Origin: a virus
Length of the DNA stretch: 64,000 bases
Virus record (IMG/VR): IMGVR_UViG_3300028610_000246
Reading direction: 5' to 3' (one strand)
Position numbers and translations under genes: made by a program. This document shows positions 52,804-62,938 of this stretch, piece by piece. The number at the start of each line of letters is the position of its first letter. The stretch's first letter is position 1. The notes under the pieces are model-generated. The model searched no databases. It had not been told where the DNA came from and saw nothing but the letters and a program-made list of their open reading frames with translations.

Positions 52804-52856
52804 TTTACTCCGTTTAAAAGTACTAGTATAGTTATATACTAGCAGAGAATAGCGGA
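52804..52856 (-). repeat. ~60-bp palindromic cassette, copy D, supplying the chaperone RBS
   Basis: Full palindrome; GGAGTAAA shortly before ATG 52798. Confidence 0.85.
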
Positions 52857-52952
52857 GTGCAAACTATAGCACTCGCCACGAGTAGTCATGCTTAGTAGCA
52901 TTATTATGGTATTAAAACAGTTCTCTAGTCTGATAATCTAACAGGTTATTGA

Positions 52953-54125
52953 TTACGCTGCAAACTTATCGACTTGAATCATCGAATCAGTGGTAGCGTC
53001 CCTAATGGCTCTAATGGTCGACGTTTGAAATACGTCTTGATCAAGACCACCAGAAACAACTTCACCGGTCTCGTATTTTGCTCTGGGTAGAGTAAATATA
53101 TACGCGTTCCCCGCAGCATCTTCAACTCTAAACGATAAACTAAATGCAGTAGCATTTAGATATTTTGTATATTCAGAATTATCTTGGAAATACAGCTCAA
53201 TATCGCCAGTAACTTCCAACCTAGCCATCGCTATACCTACATGAGGTAGGCTACCGATCGCGTCCTGAGGACGAAGGTTATTGTTTATACTGAGATTAAG
53301 TGTATTAAAGAACGCAGTAGTAACTACATCATCAAATTCAATTTGTAGTACGTTACTGACAGCATTCATAACTTCGTTACTAGGTGCAGGTACTTCAGTC
53401 TGACCAGCCTCACCTGTCGTATTAACGGTTGCACCGAGACCCATCAACGAAAATATCCCGGTAAGAATTGAGCCAGTCTCAAATGATAGTTGTAACTGAC
53501 CGACTCTAGCACCATTAAATAAGAAGTATGAATTTGGTGTGATGTCCTCTAATTGCTTTTGTACTGAAAACGATCTTTCAACAACACCGTTACGTAGCAT
53601 CGAACCGCCCATAGTAATGGCGGCACCACCGGCCTCAGTTGCAGGAATAGGATTAGATGTCGTAATAATGGTAGACGTAACAGTCAAGACCCTATAATAA
53701 CCATTAATAGTGTTGTCAGCATAACCCCTAACTTCGATCCATTGACCTACAACTATACCATCTGCTACAAAATCTCCAACTACTGTAACAAATGTATTCG
53801 TCGGATCAGCAGTGGCTGTAATATCTGTTTCTGCTACTGCGATAACTGTGCCCCATGTACCGGCTAAAACTGCCTCGATAAAATCGTCATAAGCGTCATA
53901 GCTTACTTCTATATTGACATCACCTGAAGCATCTCCTTGTACCTGAACTAGATCCGCTGTCATTCTATCAGATCTAACTTCATCAGACGTAACATTGGAT
54001 ATATTGAAGTTAAGACTTTCTCCAGTATATCTTAACTCCTTAAATGCTGGGGTTGCAGGCGTAGTACCAAAAGTTACTTCCGCAATTGCTCGTAAGGCTA
54101 CTCGATTACTTGATGCTAGTGTCAT
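52953..54125 (-). CDS. Major tail tube protein
   Basis: SDEVRSDR...GDVNIE...; position in the tail module. Confidence 0.85.
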   Translation of the reverse strand: MTLASSNRVALRAIAEVTFGTTPATPAFKELRYTGESLNFNISNVTSDEVRSDRMTADLVQVQGDASGDVNIEVSYDAYDDFIEAVLAGTWGTVIAVAETDITATADPTNTFVTVVGDFVADGIVVGQWIEVRGYADNTINGYYRVLTVTSTIITTSNPIPATEAGGAAITMGGSMLRNGVVERSFSVQKQLEDITPNSYFLFNGARVGQLQLSFETGSILTGIFSLMGLGATVNTTGEAGQTEVPAPSNEVMNAVSNVLQIEFDDVVTTAFFNTLNLSINNNLRPQDAIGSLPHVGIAMARLEVTGDIELYFQDNSEYTKYLNATAFSLSFRVEDAAGNAYIFTLPRAKYETGEVVSGGLDQDVFQTSTIRAIRDATTDSMIQVDKFAA

Positions 54126-54532
54126 AACACACTCCTAGATTCAAAGCTATTTCTATAATAAGGGCTGATTGCGTCCACTTGATACCAACCATCTTGGACA
54201 CCAACCGTAACCGCCTTAGTAGCACCCATAGTAATTCCGCTAAATTGCGCACTACGCCAGATATCTGCCACTAATTCGGCAAGTTGTAAAGCTCGAGTAG
54301 CCCCGCTATTCGGCAACACGAAAATTTGTATTACAATATTTCCAAAATATCTATACAGTACAGTAGGTCCACCTATACTTTTCTCTTTAACATCGTCAGT
54401 AACATTCGTAAATGCCACATACTCCGTTCTATCTTTCGTAACAAACACGATATTCGGCCACTTAATATCAGTATGAGACCAGTTTGTATCAAATCGTGTT
54501 TCAAATAATCGTTCCTGTGTTTCAAACGTCAA
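54122..54532 (-). CDS. Tail terminator
   Basis: G...IQIF...SG...A..LAE pattern; synteny. Confidence 0.7.
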   Translation of the reverse strand: MTFETQERLFETRFDTNWSHTDIKWPNIVFVTKDRTEYVAFTNVTDDVKEKSIGGPTVLYRYFGNIVIQIFVLPNSGATRALQLAELVADIWRSAQFSGITMGATKAVTVGVQDGWYQVDAISPYYRNSFESRSVL

Positions 54533-54914
54533 CTGCTTGTACCGACCTAGTCAGCATCAAATGAGGCCGAATAGTAGTAGATCCAAATTCAACGATAGAC
54601 GCATAGTCCTTGCCATTAGCTATAAAATATTTAGCTTGACTAAGTATCGTCGGTTTAAGTGTTGGGGGTGACGGTTTCGGTAGAGCTCCAGACGTATCGC
54701 TAGCAGCGCTACCAGCCTCTCCGACAGTAGTAAAATCTGGTCTACCTGCCGATAAGGTCCAAGAAGCTCGTAATTCACCTGAGGCTACAGGCGTTCTATC
54801 AACCGCGCCTTTCCATACGGTTAAAGCTATGTTGATAGTACGCTGCGACGCTGCCCTCCTTAATTTAGGAATGAACGATCGTGTAGGTTTTGGTGTTGCC
54901 CAAGTAATATTCAT
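54522..54914 (-). CDS. Neck protein (HK97 gp10-like)
   Basis: TPVASGELRASW...N..YA..VEFG. Confidence 0.8.
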   Translation of the reverse strand: MNITWATPKPTRSFIPKLRRAASQRTINIALTVWKGAVDRTPVASGELRASWTLSAGRPDFTTVGEAGSAASDTSGALPKPSPPTLKPTILSQAKYFIANGKDYASIVEFGSTTIRPHLMLTRSVQAVDV

Positions 54915-55279
54915 TTACGAGCCTGTAATTCCCACAAAAACGCTTTATCATAGGCCTTAATTTCATTAAAATCCATGATATTGTATATAATTCCGTCTGG
55001 ATCTGTTATAGTATCACCTATTTTTGGTGTATATGTATCTACAGGTTTAACTAATATCAAACGATCTTCTCTCTGTATAACAGTTCCATCTACTCTATCA
55101 CTCTCATACGTATCGAATATGCCCTGAACTATTATACCTGCCTCAACTTTGGTCAATGCACCGGTACTAGGAACATATGCACTACTAGATACAGACGTAA
55201 TCGTCATATCACCAGCTAAATCATCTAGAGCATTAAACGCTTTATCTACTGAATTTTGCAAGCGTTTTTCTAGCGACAT
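54911..55279 (-). CDS. Head closure protein
   Basis: Synteny and size. Confidence 0.65.
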   Translation of the reverse strand: MSLEKRLQNSVDKAFNALDDLAGDMTITSVSSSAYVPSTGALTKVEAGIIVQGIFDTYESDRVDGTVIQREDRLILVKPVDTYTPKIGDTITDPDGIIYNIMDFNEIKAYDKAFLWELQARK

Positions 55280-55281
55280 AA

Positions 55282-55797
55282 CTACCTCGATAATGCAACT
55301 GACTTAATAAAATCTTTCGTAGTAAATCTAGCACCTAAGTACGATATCATAGACCATATTTTATCAGGTACTAGCTGGCTACTCTGAAATTCATTAAAGT
55401 CTATAGATAAGCTACCGACTTTAATTGCGTCTAGAGAATTGCTGTCACTGGGTTCACCATTATCTACAACAAATAAAGCTAATTCACATTGAGCATTCTT
55501 GAGATCTTGTGGTATCGCAACCCCTAGAACCAATATATCTTCAGGTGTATCCAGAGTAAAATCAAATACACGAGGCCACGCTAGTGCTTGTGGTGTAGTC
55601 TGATCCTTAATATCTCCAATCCAAGTAACTCGTGAATCTAAAAATGTAACGGCTGTACGAAGTAATTTCTCTCTATCAGCATCAGAAGCATTTACATATC
55701 CACTAGCACCAAACCTTCCTTCGAAATATATCAGCGCATCTGCCGCAGTTATATACGAATTAGCAGAAGGTCCACCTACTGTAGCATCTATAGTCAC
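55282..55797 (-). CDS. Head-tail adaptor (DnaT-like domain)
   Basis: GGPSANSYIT...QALAWPR...IPQDLKNAQCELA. Confidence 0.75.
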   Translation of the reverse strand: MTIDATVGGPSANSYITAADALIYFEGRFGASGYVNASDADREKLLRTAVTFLDSRVTWIGDIKDQTTPQALAWPRVFDFTLDTPEDILVLGVAIPQDLKNAQCELALFVVDNGEPSDSNSLDAIKVGSLSIDFNEFQSSQLVPDKIWSMISYLGARFTTKDFIKSVALSR

Positions 55798-56177
55798 TAA
55801 TCAGTTCCTACACTCGCACCAAAAACTTCGTCACTGACTTTACCTGTACTCTTAACGGGTTTACTCTCGACCTTAACTTCAGGCATTACTACTGACGATA
55901 CAGGATCACTCACTACAGCCGTAACTACGGATTCAGGTTTAACCATTTCACCGATTTTGATTGAGCCACCGTCTTTTTCAGCCCAAATCGGATTTTCACC
56001 TTCAATATTACAACAGTATCTACTGCAAAGTATTAAGGCTACTTTATCCTTGTAATCAGAGTTAACAGTTAGTTTACCGTCTCTAAATCCGTATCTACCG
56101 CCTAACACACCTGTAAACCCTTTACGAGGTCCAGTTAGTACAAATGTTACTTGTGGTTTAAGTTCTTCATCAGCCAT
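55797..56177 (-). CDS. Virion-associated hypothetical protein
   Basis: Likely start MADEE at 56177, because the longer ORF overlaps the terminator. Confidence 0.55.
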   Translation of the reverse strand: MADEELKPQVTFVLTGPRKGFTGVLGGRYGFRDGKLTVNSDYKDKVALILCSRYCCNIEGENPIWAEKDGGSIKIGEMVKPESVVTAVVSDPVSSVVMPEVKVESKPVKSTGKVSDEVFGASVGTD

Positions 56178-56207
56178 GACTGTTCCTTTCGCTTCGTTAT
56201 AGTTATG

Positions 56208-56238
56208 AAAAAGAGCCCGCTCCACTAAGAAGCGGGCT
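56208..56238 (-). terminator. Terminator after the capsid gene
   Basis: AGCCCGCT-9nt-AGCGGGCT followed by CTTTTT. Confidence 0.75.
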
Positions 56239-56285
56239 AAATCGGCCTACTCACGGCGTGCAAATCATGCAGAATCCGTTAACTG

Positions 56286-57215
56286 TTATACAGGTATGAT
56301 TCCGGTTCCAGTAGCTGCGCCCAATTCACTGAATAGGGCGAATCCACAATAGAATTTTACACGAGTAATAGATTCGTCTTTAGTCTGATGCTCACCGATA
56401 TCAGAAACTCTAATACCAGCTTCACCGACAGCCGTAAGACCAGTAATACCTACCTGATTACTACCGTCATCTAGAGTACCAGCAAAAACCTGAGACGCAA
56501 TTGTCGAAGTGCCCTGTGTCTGATCAATGGGAATATTATCATTTTTAAAGATCGGCACACCACGATACGCTGGAATCTGTGCTCCACTAGGTAGAGTAAC
56601 AGTTTCAGAGATGGTAGCACCACCGGATGCTCTCAAGAGAACGTAGTACGCTCTGAGCTCACGGCCATTCATCTGAAAATAATCTACAACACCGTTCTTA
56701 TCTTTGACAAGATCGATTAGATTATCCAATAAGCCTAGGCTGAGCGTATCACCATTGGCTGCAGACGTAACTGTCTGAGATGCTGCGGCTGCAGCTAGCA
56801 AGGAGATAAGTCCCTGTACAGTATCAGCGGCACCAGTACCGTTGACATACTGATCTCGATACGTCAAGCCAATATTCTTAGCTTTCGACATAACTTGAGC
56901 AGCTTTTTGATCCGTAAAGTTGGATCGAGTTGCCTGAATCAAGTTATTAACTTCGGCATCACCCAAGATAGTCGTAAGAGACGTAGTGACAAGAGTAAAG
57001 GTGGCGGCCGCTTTCGCGGTGATAGTACCACCAACAGCGAGATTCTCAACATCGCCCAGAGCATTTTCACGGTTATACGCAAGCGCATTACCTTCAACTT
57101 CTAGAAATGGGAGAACTTCGAAAAATCGATCAACCGTAACGATTGATTCGATAACACCGGCAATAAGCATATCCTGAGATAGCTTTGCGGATTCTACAAG
57201 GGTCACACTAGCCAT
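56286..57215 (-). CDS. Major capsid protein
   Basis: MASVTLVESAKLSQD..VEGNALAYNRE..; recalled similarity to YuA/M6-like capsids; synteny. Confidence 0.85.
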   Translation of the reverse strand: MASVTLVESAKLSQDMLIAGVIESIVTVDRFFEVLPFLEVEGNALAYNRENALGDVENLAVGGTITAKAAATFTLVTTSLTTILGDAEVNNLIQATRSNFTDQKAAQVMSKAKNIGLTYRDQYVNGTGAADTVQGLISLLAAAAASQTVTSAANGDTLSLGLLDNLIDLVKDKNGVVDYFQMNGRELRAYYVLLRASGGATISETVTLPSGAQIPAYRGVPIFKNDNIPIDQTQGTSTIASQVFAGTLDDGSNQVGITGLTAVGEAGIRVSDIGEHQTKDESITRVKFYCGFALFSELGAATGTGIIPV

Positions 57216-57384
57216 TTATTGTATCCTCCAATGAATACGTATTATAAGTAACGTCCTTCACCGAAGGACCAACCAATAGGGAACTTGTTCCAGTGCCCCG
57301 CACTTGGACGGTCTTACATCTATACTAATTCTACTACAGAAGAACCTCAAAGTAAACTGTTTCTTTATAGGTTCCCTGAGCAGA

Positions 57385-58110
57385 TTACTCCTTTGCAGCC
57401 ATTCCCTGCGAAATTTTCTGTAACGGAGATAGTTGGGTTATATCTTGAACCCCAGTTGGAGGCGGTTTACCACCGCCACCAGCACCACCGCCCTTAGATG
57501 ATTCAAATAAATGTTCGGCAGTAGTTTTCAGTCCACCAACCCACTCATTTGCTGTAAGTGGATTAGTACCGTCTTTACCGTATACGACCTTACCGTCTGT
57601 ATCATGTGCTAGAGCCTTGCCTTCTACGACTTTGAACGTACGCTGTGCACGTAACACTACGTCTTCTAAGGCGCCCTTACGAACTCCAGCAGTCACAGCC
57701 GCATCTCTAATAGCACTATCAATTAAAAGACTATTCAGCTGACCGCCTTGCGATGTAATTCGATCATCACGCTCTCTAATCTGAGCCTCATGATCAGTCT
57801 TCATTGCCGCAGTTCTCTCTGCAACGACCTCATCAACACTCTCCATGGTAAGACGCTTTTTACCGTCATCCAACGCAGCTTTATCCATAAGATCGTTATA
57901 CTTATCGATATCAATTTTGCCGTATTTATCAGTCATTTCTTCAAGCTGTTGTTTTAATGATATATTATTATCACGAAATTCGTCTACCTTACCCTTAGCC
58001 ACAGCTCCGTCTACATCCAAGTAGAACTTTCCGTCAGTATGTTTAGAGTAAAGACTCTTAATACCGTCATCTAGATCATCTAGAGTTTCTAATACAAATT
58101 TAAGTGCCAT
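57385..58110 (-). CDS. Capsid scaffold/assembly protein
   Basis: Coiled coil, HLFE..GGGAG C-terminus; between portal and capsid genes. Confidence 0.7.
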   Translation of the reverse strand: MALKFVLETLDDLDDGIKSLYSKHTDGKFYLDVDGAVAKGKVDEFRDNNISLKQQLEEMTDKYGKIDIDKYNDLMDKAALDDGKKRLTMESVDEVVAERTAAMKTDHEAQIRERDDRITSQGGQLNSLLIDSAIRDAAVTAGVRKGALEDVVLRAQRTFKVVEGKALAHDTDGKVVYGKDGTNPLTANEWVGGLKTTAEHLFESSKGGGAGGGGKPPPTGVQDITQLSPLQKISQGMAAKE

Positions 58111-58112
58111 AA

Positions 58113-59564
58113 TTATTCTTCCTCACTTCCGTTAGTAGTTTCATCATCATTATTATTTTCGTCAGTCGAACCTGGGATTGATATATCCACAGTTCTATCC
58201 AACGTATTCGTCTGCATTATATCACCTCGTTGGAGGTTAAATATCAATGTCTCTTCATTAATTGCGCCCTCTGTAAACGCCTTAACAATTTCTCTGAGCT
58301 CAGAAGCCGGCATTCTTGGATCTAAGAAATGCTTATTAAGAGTAATTTTAACCGCTTCTCCGGATATACCCTCCATCTCTTTAATCATATTATAATGACG
58401 ATTAAGAGCATTCTCTATAGTAAACGCTATACGAGTCATATTGGCCGCATCAGAAGAATGCCTAATTCGCACGTTATCTGGCGACTCACTTCCTTTAGTA
58501 CTTGTATCCATAAGACGTGTACTAAAAATAGCCATTTGATCTGATTTTTCTTTTAACGCTGTTTCAAGACTTTGTAGACCTTGACCTGTAAACTCTAGAT
58601 ACATAGCCTTAGCTTGATGTGGAGGTAGTATCCATGCCTGCTCAGAACCTACTCTAAGAGGCTCAGTAGCATCAACACCACTAACTACAGGTACAGGTAG
58701 TGCAGTAAAGTGTCGACCATGTTCTAAATCAGCACTAGTTCTATAATGCGATAAATTAACGTCTACAATGTCTAACATGGGTGGCTTGACTAAATCAGTC
58801 TTAATTCCTTCAGGCGTAATAAATGTAAATGGAATAATATCTAGCGGTTCACCACGTACCGTAGGTTGAATAATGGCTCTTCTAGTCAATGAACCTAATA
58901 CTCTATCTACCGTAGATCGTCTCCAAATTTCACCAGCGTACTGGCCGGTAGTCTGATCGACCCTTAGAAGTCTAAATTCATTAAATCGACTTATAAAATG
59001 AATTGTATTAGGATGTGGCCAGAACTTGATTTCTTGAAGAACCAACATCTCTAAGGTCCTTAACTCAGGATCTGTATTCCAATTAAGTATATTTTCAGCA
59101 CTATACGGAACTGTATACGCTCGACCTCCTTCTATTGGAAAATCAATGAGTAAACCTACTCGACCCATAAGCCAGATTTCTTTGATTATGAATCTATACA
59201 ACTCATTAAAAGACGTGCCCTGATTATCTGTATCTTCAAAATATGGCTTCATTTCGTCAGGGGCTTCGATCGTAGGCTCTCTTTCTGTCATTAAACCTAC
59301 TAAACCTGTTAAAGTGCGATCAGCCATAGATACGAATAATGCTCGCTTCAAATATGCATTATATTCGGCCGTATCTTGACCGGTAAGCTTAGGTAAATAC
59401 TCCGTGCGTCTTGCTTTTACTTCATCACTGCCCTCAATACAGTCGCGACTTCTACGCCATTTCTTATTAAATTTATCATAATCTGGATGCTTAAGAGTTG
59501 TCTCCTGTATGATCTGTGATCCAGGAGTACCAGTAGCCAATACGTCTCGTGGGTTGGCAGCCAT
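58113..59564 (-). CDS. Portal protein (DUF4055-like)
   Basis: HPDY...YLP...Y..YLKRA, NLSHYR.SAD; follows terL. Confidence 0.85.
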   Translation of the reverse strand: MAANPRDVLATGTPGSQIIQETTLKHPDYDKFNKKWRRSRDCIEGSDEVKARRTEYLPKLTGQDTAEYNAYLKRALFVSMADRTLTGLVGLMTEREPTIEAPDEMKPYFEDTDNQGTSFNELYRFIIKEIWLMGRVGLLIDFPIEGGRAYTVPYSAENILNWNTDPELRTLEMLVLQEIKFWPHPNTIHFISRFNEFRLLRVDQTTGQYAGEIWRRSTVDRVLGSLTRRAIIQPTVRGEPLDIIPFTFITPEGIKTDLVKPPMLDIVDVNLSHYRTSADLEHGRHFTALPVPVVSGVDATEPLRVGSEQAWILPPHQAKAMYLEFTGQGLQSLETALKEKSDQMAIFSTRLMDTSTKGSESPDNVRIRHSSDAANMTRIAFTIENALNRHYNMIKEMEGISGEAVKITLNKHFLDPRMPASELREIVKAFTEGAINEETLIFNLQRGDIMQTNTLDRTVDISIPGSTDENNNDDETTNGSEEE

Positions 59565-59565
59565 T

Positions 59566-60978
59566 TTATAATCCTATTATCTTCCTGAGTTGAACAGTCT
59601 GACTCAACTGTAGAACCTTATATCTAAGAACGTCCATGAGATGATCTTCTAACTTAGTATCTATATCTTCAACCTTCTTATCATCTCGCTGCATCTGAGG
59701 TAAAGTCCTTATCAAGTTAGGACATTCAGTAGTAATATATAGATGTTTCTCTTCTTTATTACCGTCTATAGATGCTCTCAGCATCTGTCTGATAAATTGC
59801 CACCCAGTCGCTCTAGATCCTGGCGATTTATCAGACTTAGTAAATAGTATTCCTCCAGCCATGAACTGATCATGTATGCTGTCCGAAGATTGATCCGTTG
59901 TCCATATAGACGCGTCTGCGGGTCCTGGTCTAACTTCTCTATTGGGAAACTGCTCTTTTTCAAATACCTTCATTCTATACGCTTGTTTATCTGGCGTAAG
60001 CTTCAATCCTTCACGTTTTTCATTGGCAAAATATAGTTCTCCAATAACGAAAAGAGAGCCGCGGGGGACGACCCTCTTCTCATCACTTGCATCTGTGAAC
60101 TCTTCACCGTTTGACTCAGCGAAATATAGATTTCCGCCAGGGGCACTCGAGCCCCAGTCATGTGCTCGAGTAATTTTCCACTGCTTGGGAACGAGAAATG
60201 GACGAATCACTTGGATGTCAGGACGCCAAACGTCACTGAACATACCTTTCATCATAATATCCCAGTCACCAGATAACATCGCATCCACTAGTACTGAGTC
60301 ACCCAAACCCCTCAATCTATCTGCATAACCTGGGTCACTACGCGTCAATGTGAAATTATCAGCCAGTTTAGCTGGAACATACATTCTACTCATTCCACCA
60401 TCGCTCGCTGGAGCTTGCCATAACTTGTTTCCGTGATCAACGAATTGAGTCTTAAAATAATCGTGTCCAATGCCACCTGGGTTGCTGCAGTACAGAATAC
60501 GAGGAAACATTCCTTTATACTCGCCTGGAACCTCCAGACCGCCAAGTCTAACCCTAGACCTGATAAAACGTACCATTGCTTCTGAAAAGTGGGTCGCCTC
60601 ATCAATTCCTAAAAATCCAATCTGTGCACCTTGATGTGTCGTTATATCCGTTTCCCACTGAGAATGAGCTAGTTGGATTATTGACCCATTTTCAAATTCG
60701 AACAGGTAATTGGACTTATCCCACCGGACCTTATTGGCCCTAATAAAATCCCTAAGCATTTCCGGATACCCACCCGGCGTATGAATATGATTACTGACTA
60801 ACTCCTTAAACGTCCGTCGAAAAATATACGTAATCAGGCCTGGAACCCAAATACTGTATATAATGGAAGCCGCCCTTAAAAGATGCGACTTCCCCCCACC
60901 AGCTGCGCCTCCGTACAAAACTTCATTAGCCTGAGACAGTAAGGCTTCTTTCTGCTTAGGCCAAAGTCTTAACTCCAT
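59566..60978 (-). CDS. terL: Terminase large subunit
   Basis: YGGAAGGGKS, IDEATHF, NPGG.GH, DWG, DHLMD..RY. Confidence 0.92.
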   Translation of the reverse strand: MELRLWPKQKEALLSQANEVLYGGAAGGGKSHLLRAASIIYSIWVPGLITYIFRRTFKELVSNHIHTPGGYPEMLRDFIRANKVRWDKSNYLFEFENGSIIQLAHSQWETDITTHQGAQIGFLGIDEATHFSEAMVRFIRSRVRLGGLEVPGEYKGMFPRILYCSNPGGIGHDYFKTQFVDHGNKLWQAPASDGGMSRMYVPAKLADNFTLTRSDPGYADRLRGLGDSVLVDAMLSGDWDIMMKGMFSDVWRPDIQVIRPFLVPKQWKITRAHDWGSSAPGGNLYFAESNGEEFTDASDEKRVVPRGSLFVIGELYFANEKREGLKLTPDKQAYRMKVFEKEQFPNREVRPGPADASIWTTDQSSDSIHDQFMAGGILFTKSDKSPGSRATGWQFIRQMLRASIDGNKEEKHLYITTECPNLIRTLPQMQRDDKKVEDIDTKLEDHLMDVLRYKVLQLSQTVQLRKIIGL

Positions 60979-61382
60979 TATACATTAGTCCAATTTTGAC
61001 CATGTTTAATGGCCCAAATTGTTTGGGGACTTACATTTAGATCTTCTGCAATAAGTCTATGTATTCTAGAGTCTTTACGAATTTTCAGTATGTCCACCGG
61101 ACTTAACCTGGCTTTTCTTCCATTTTGACTATTGATTTGATTATTAACAAAACGACAATTATCTGGAGAATAGTCACCTTCATTATCGCGCCTATCTAAC
61201 TGTAAACCTTGTATATATCCGTTATTTATACACCACTTTTCGAATACGTTAAAATCGTTCCATTCTGTACAAATTTTTATTCCTCGATCCAAATAAATAC
61301 TTTTAGTCTTAGCATCCTTACCACGAACTCTATGACGCATACATTTCCATAATTTATAAATCGGATTATCACATCTATTCAT
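60978..61382 (-). CDS. HNH-type endonuclease with C-terminal HTH
   Basis: LDRRDNEGDYSPDNCRF...N..N. Confidence 0.8.
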   Translation of the reverse strand: MNRCDNPIYKLWKCMRHRVRGKDAKTKSIYLDRGIKICTEWNDFNVFEKWCINNGYIQGLQLDRRDNEGDYSPDNCRFVNNQINSQNGRKARLSPVDILKIRKDSRIHRLIAEDLNVSPQTIWAIKHGQNWTNV

Positions 61383-61519
61383 TACTTCTTACGGCCAGAC
61401 TTCCTTCGATTCTGACTAGCCTTGATCGCTCTACCCTGACGCACTGCGTCAGAACGTCTCTTAAAAACTTTGCCTCTATTACCGAACTTAAATCCACCTC
61501 TTACTTTATGCACAGGCAT
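61382..61519 (-). CDS. Small basic protein (45 aa, MPVHKVRGGFKFGNRGKVF...) missing from the ORF track
   Basis: Translated by hand; fills the gap exactly. Confidence 0.65.
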   Translation of the reverse strand: MPVHKVRGGFKFGNRGKVFKRRSDAVRQGRAIKASQNRRKSGRKK

Positions 61520-61520
61520 A

Positions 61521-62529
61521 TCAAGACGTACAAGCTACAAATATGGTGAGCTTGCCCTCCTCAGTAATACTGAAACTATGACATATTCGCTCTATACGAT
61601 TAATCATTACAATATGTCCCGTAAAATCCAAGTCTTTATACTCAGATACGGGCTCAACATGGTAGTGATGACCGTCCATAGACGCATCATATATACGCCT
61701 AGTACACGTAAACTCCATGCAGTGATCTTCACCGTCATCATCAACGAACATTAGTTTTGAGGGAGTTTCTTCATCTAATACCACAAAATCAACTCTAAGA
61801 CCACTAGCCTCTTCAGCCCTATCAACCTCAGAACTACTAATTTCGATGTTAGTGTTGGTCTTATCCTCGTCTGATATAGCCATAACTATAGCCTAAAAGA
61901 TCGGGCTTTTTGGTGTATCTAGTGTTCCGTCTGGTAGACTAGCACCACCGCTCTTAGAACGTGATGCTTGAGGATCTGAGTGATGCTTACCACCACTAGA
62001 AATTCCCGATGTAGCTGGATCGGTCTGACGCTTATCAGTTCTAGTCTCTGGAAGTTCTGTGTTATGATTTGCTAACGTGCCCATAATTATCTCCAAGATT
62101 AATCGTCTTTTAGATCACTTACAATTTCTTGCGCTTCTTCAGCGACAGGTTTAGTTATCGATCTAGCTACATCGACAGCAATCTCCACTGGCGCAGTTAC
62201 GACTTCAACTACGTCTTCGACTATTTGTCCAGTCGTCTTTAATAATGAGAAAAGACCCATTATTAGGCTATAATTTCTTGTCGCTCTGGGCCAAATATCA
62301 ATTTATCTTCGTCGGTATCTATCTGTCCCGCAACGTTCCATTGATCCGCACTGTTAAAATAACCAGTAGGAATGGGGTGACCGGCTGCGACTAGCGCCGC
62401 CTCAGTAGCAGCTAGTACTGTAGCCTCACTATCTAGGCTATCCTCATTAACTATTACCGTAGTAATACCGTTAATAATCGTCTCCTTATCAGAAGGAATT
62501 TTACGTACAATAAATACTGTTGCGACCAT
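61521..62529 (-). CDS. Small late genes (61521-61883, 61893-62096, unlisted 62099-62260, 62263-62529)
   Basis: Abutting ORFs; 62099-62260 reads MGLFSLLKTTGQIVEDVV... Confidence 0.6.
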
Positions 62530-62538
62530 TACCGTCTC

Positions 62539-62889
62539 CTATGCAACGTTTACGTTGAGTTCATCTTTGTGTTCAACCTCTTCAAACTGCCCGTCTAATA
62601 TCTCATCAACCGGCAGTCTATCGGATTCTTTATGTTCAAGTGTAGGCACAACCGCATCCTCAAATACGACAAGTAGTTTATTTGCATCATCGGGTGCCAT
62701 GGATATTTCAGTAGATTTGAGCTCTGGTTCTACGTATCTAGACAGTGCTTTATGACAGTCAAACTTTAATCTCTCATCTTGAGTACTGTGAGCTATATCG
62801 GCAATACCTATCAATGGATGATACCCTGAATGCTGTTCTTGAAGAAGTAATAAGATACGTTCTCCCTGCTTTAAGTCACGAGTTATCAT
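62539..62889 (-). CDS. Putative terminase small subunit
   Basis: Helical N-terminus, Y..P.LKS.E motif, behind a promoter upstream of terL. Confidence 0.55.
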   Translation of the reverse strand: MITRDLKQGERILLLLQEQHSGYHPLIGIADIAHSTQDERLKFDCHKALSRYVEPELKSTEISMAPDDANKLLVVFEDAVVPTLEHKESDRLPVDEILDGQFEEVEHKDELNVNVA

Positions 62890-62909
62890 TCAAAGTCCTC
62901 CATTAAAAC

Positions 62910-62938
62910 ATTATACTGCAAGGAGTCCCATATGTAAA
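62910..62938 (-). promoter_or_regulatory. Promoter TTTACA-17-TATAAT
   Basis: Upstream of 62889. Confidence 0.75.

Noticed and set aside
60978-61382. Intron-encoded endonuclease splitting terL
   Set aside because: terL is intact with its Walker A near its own N-terminus; the HNH gene is free-standing
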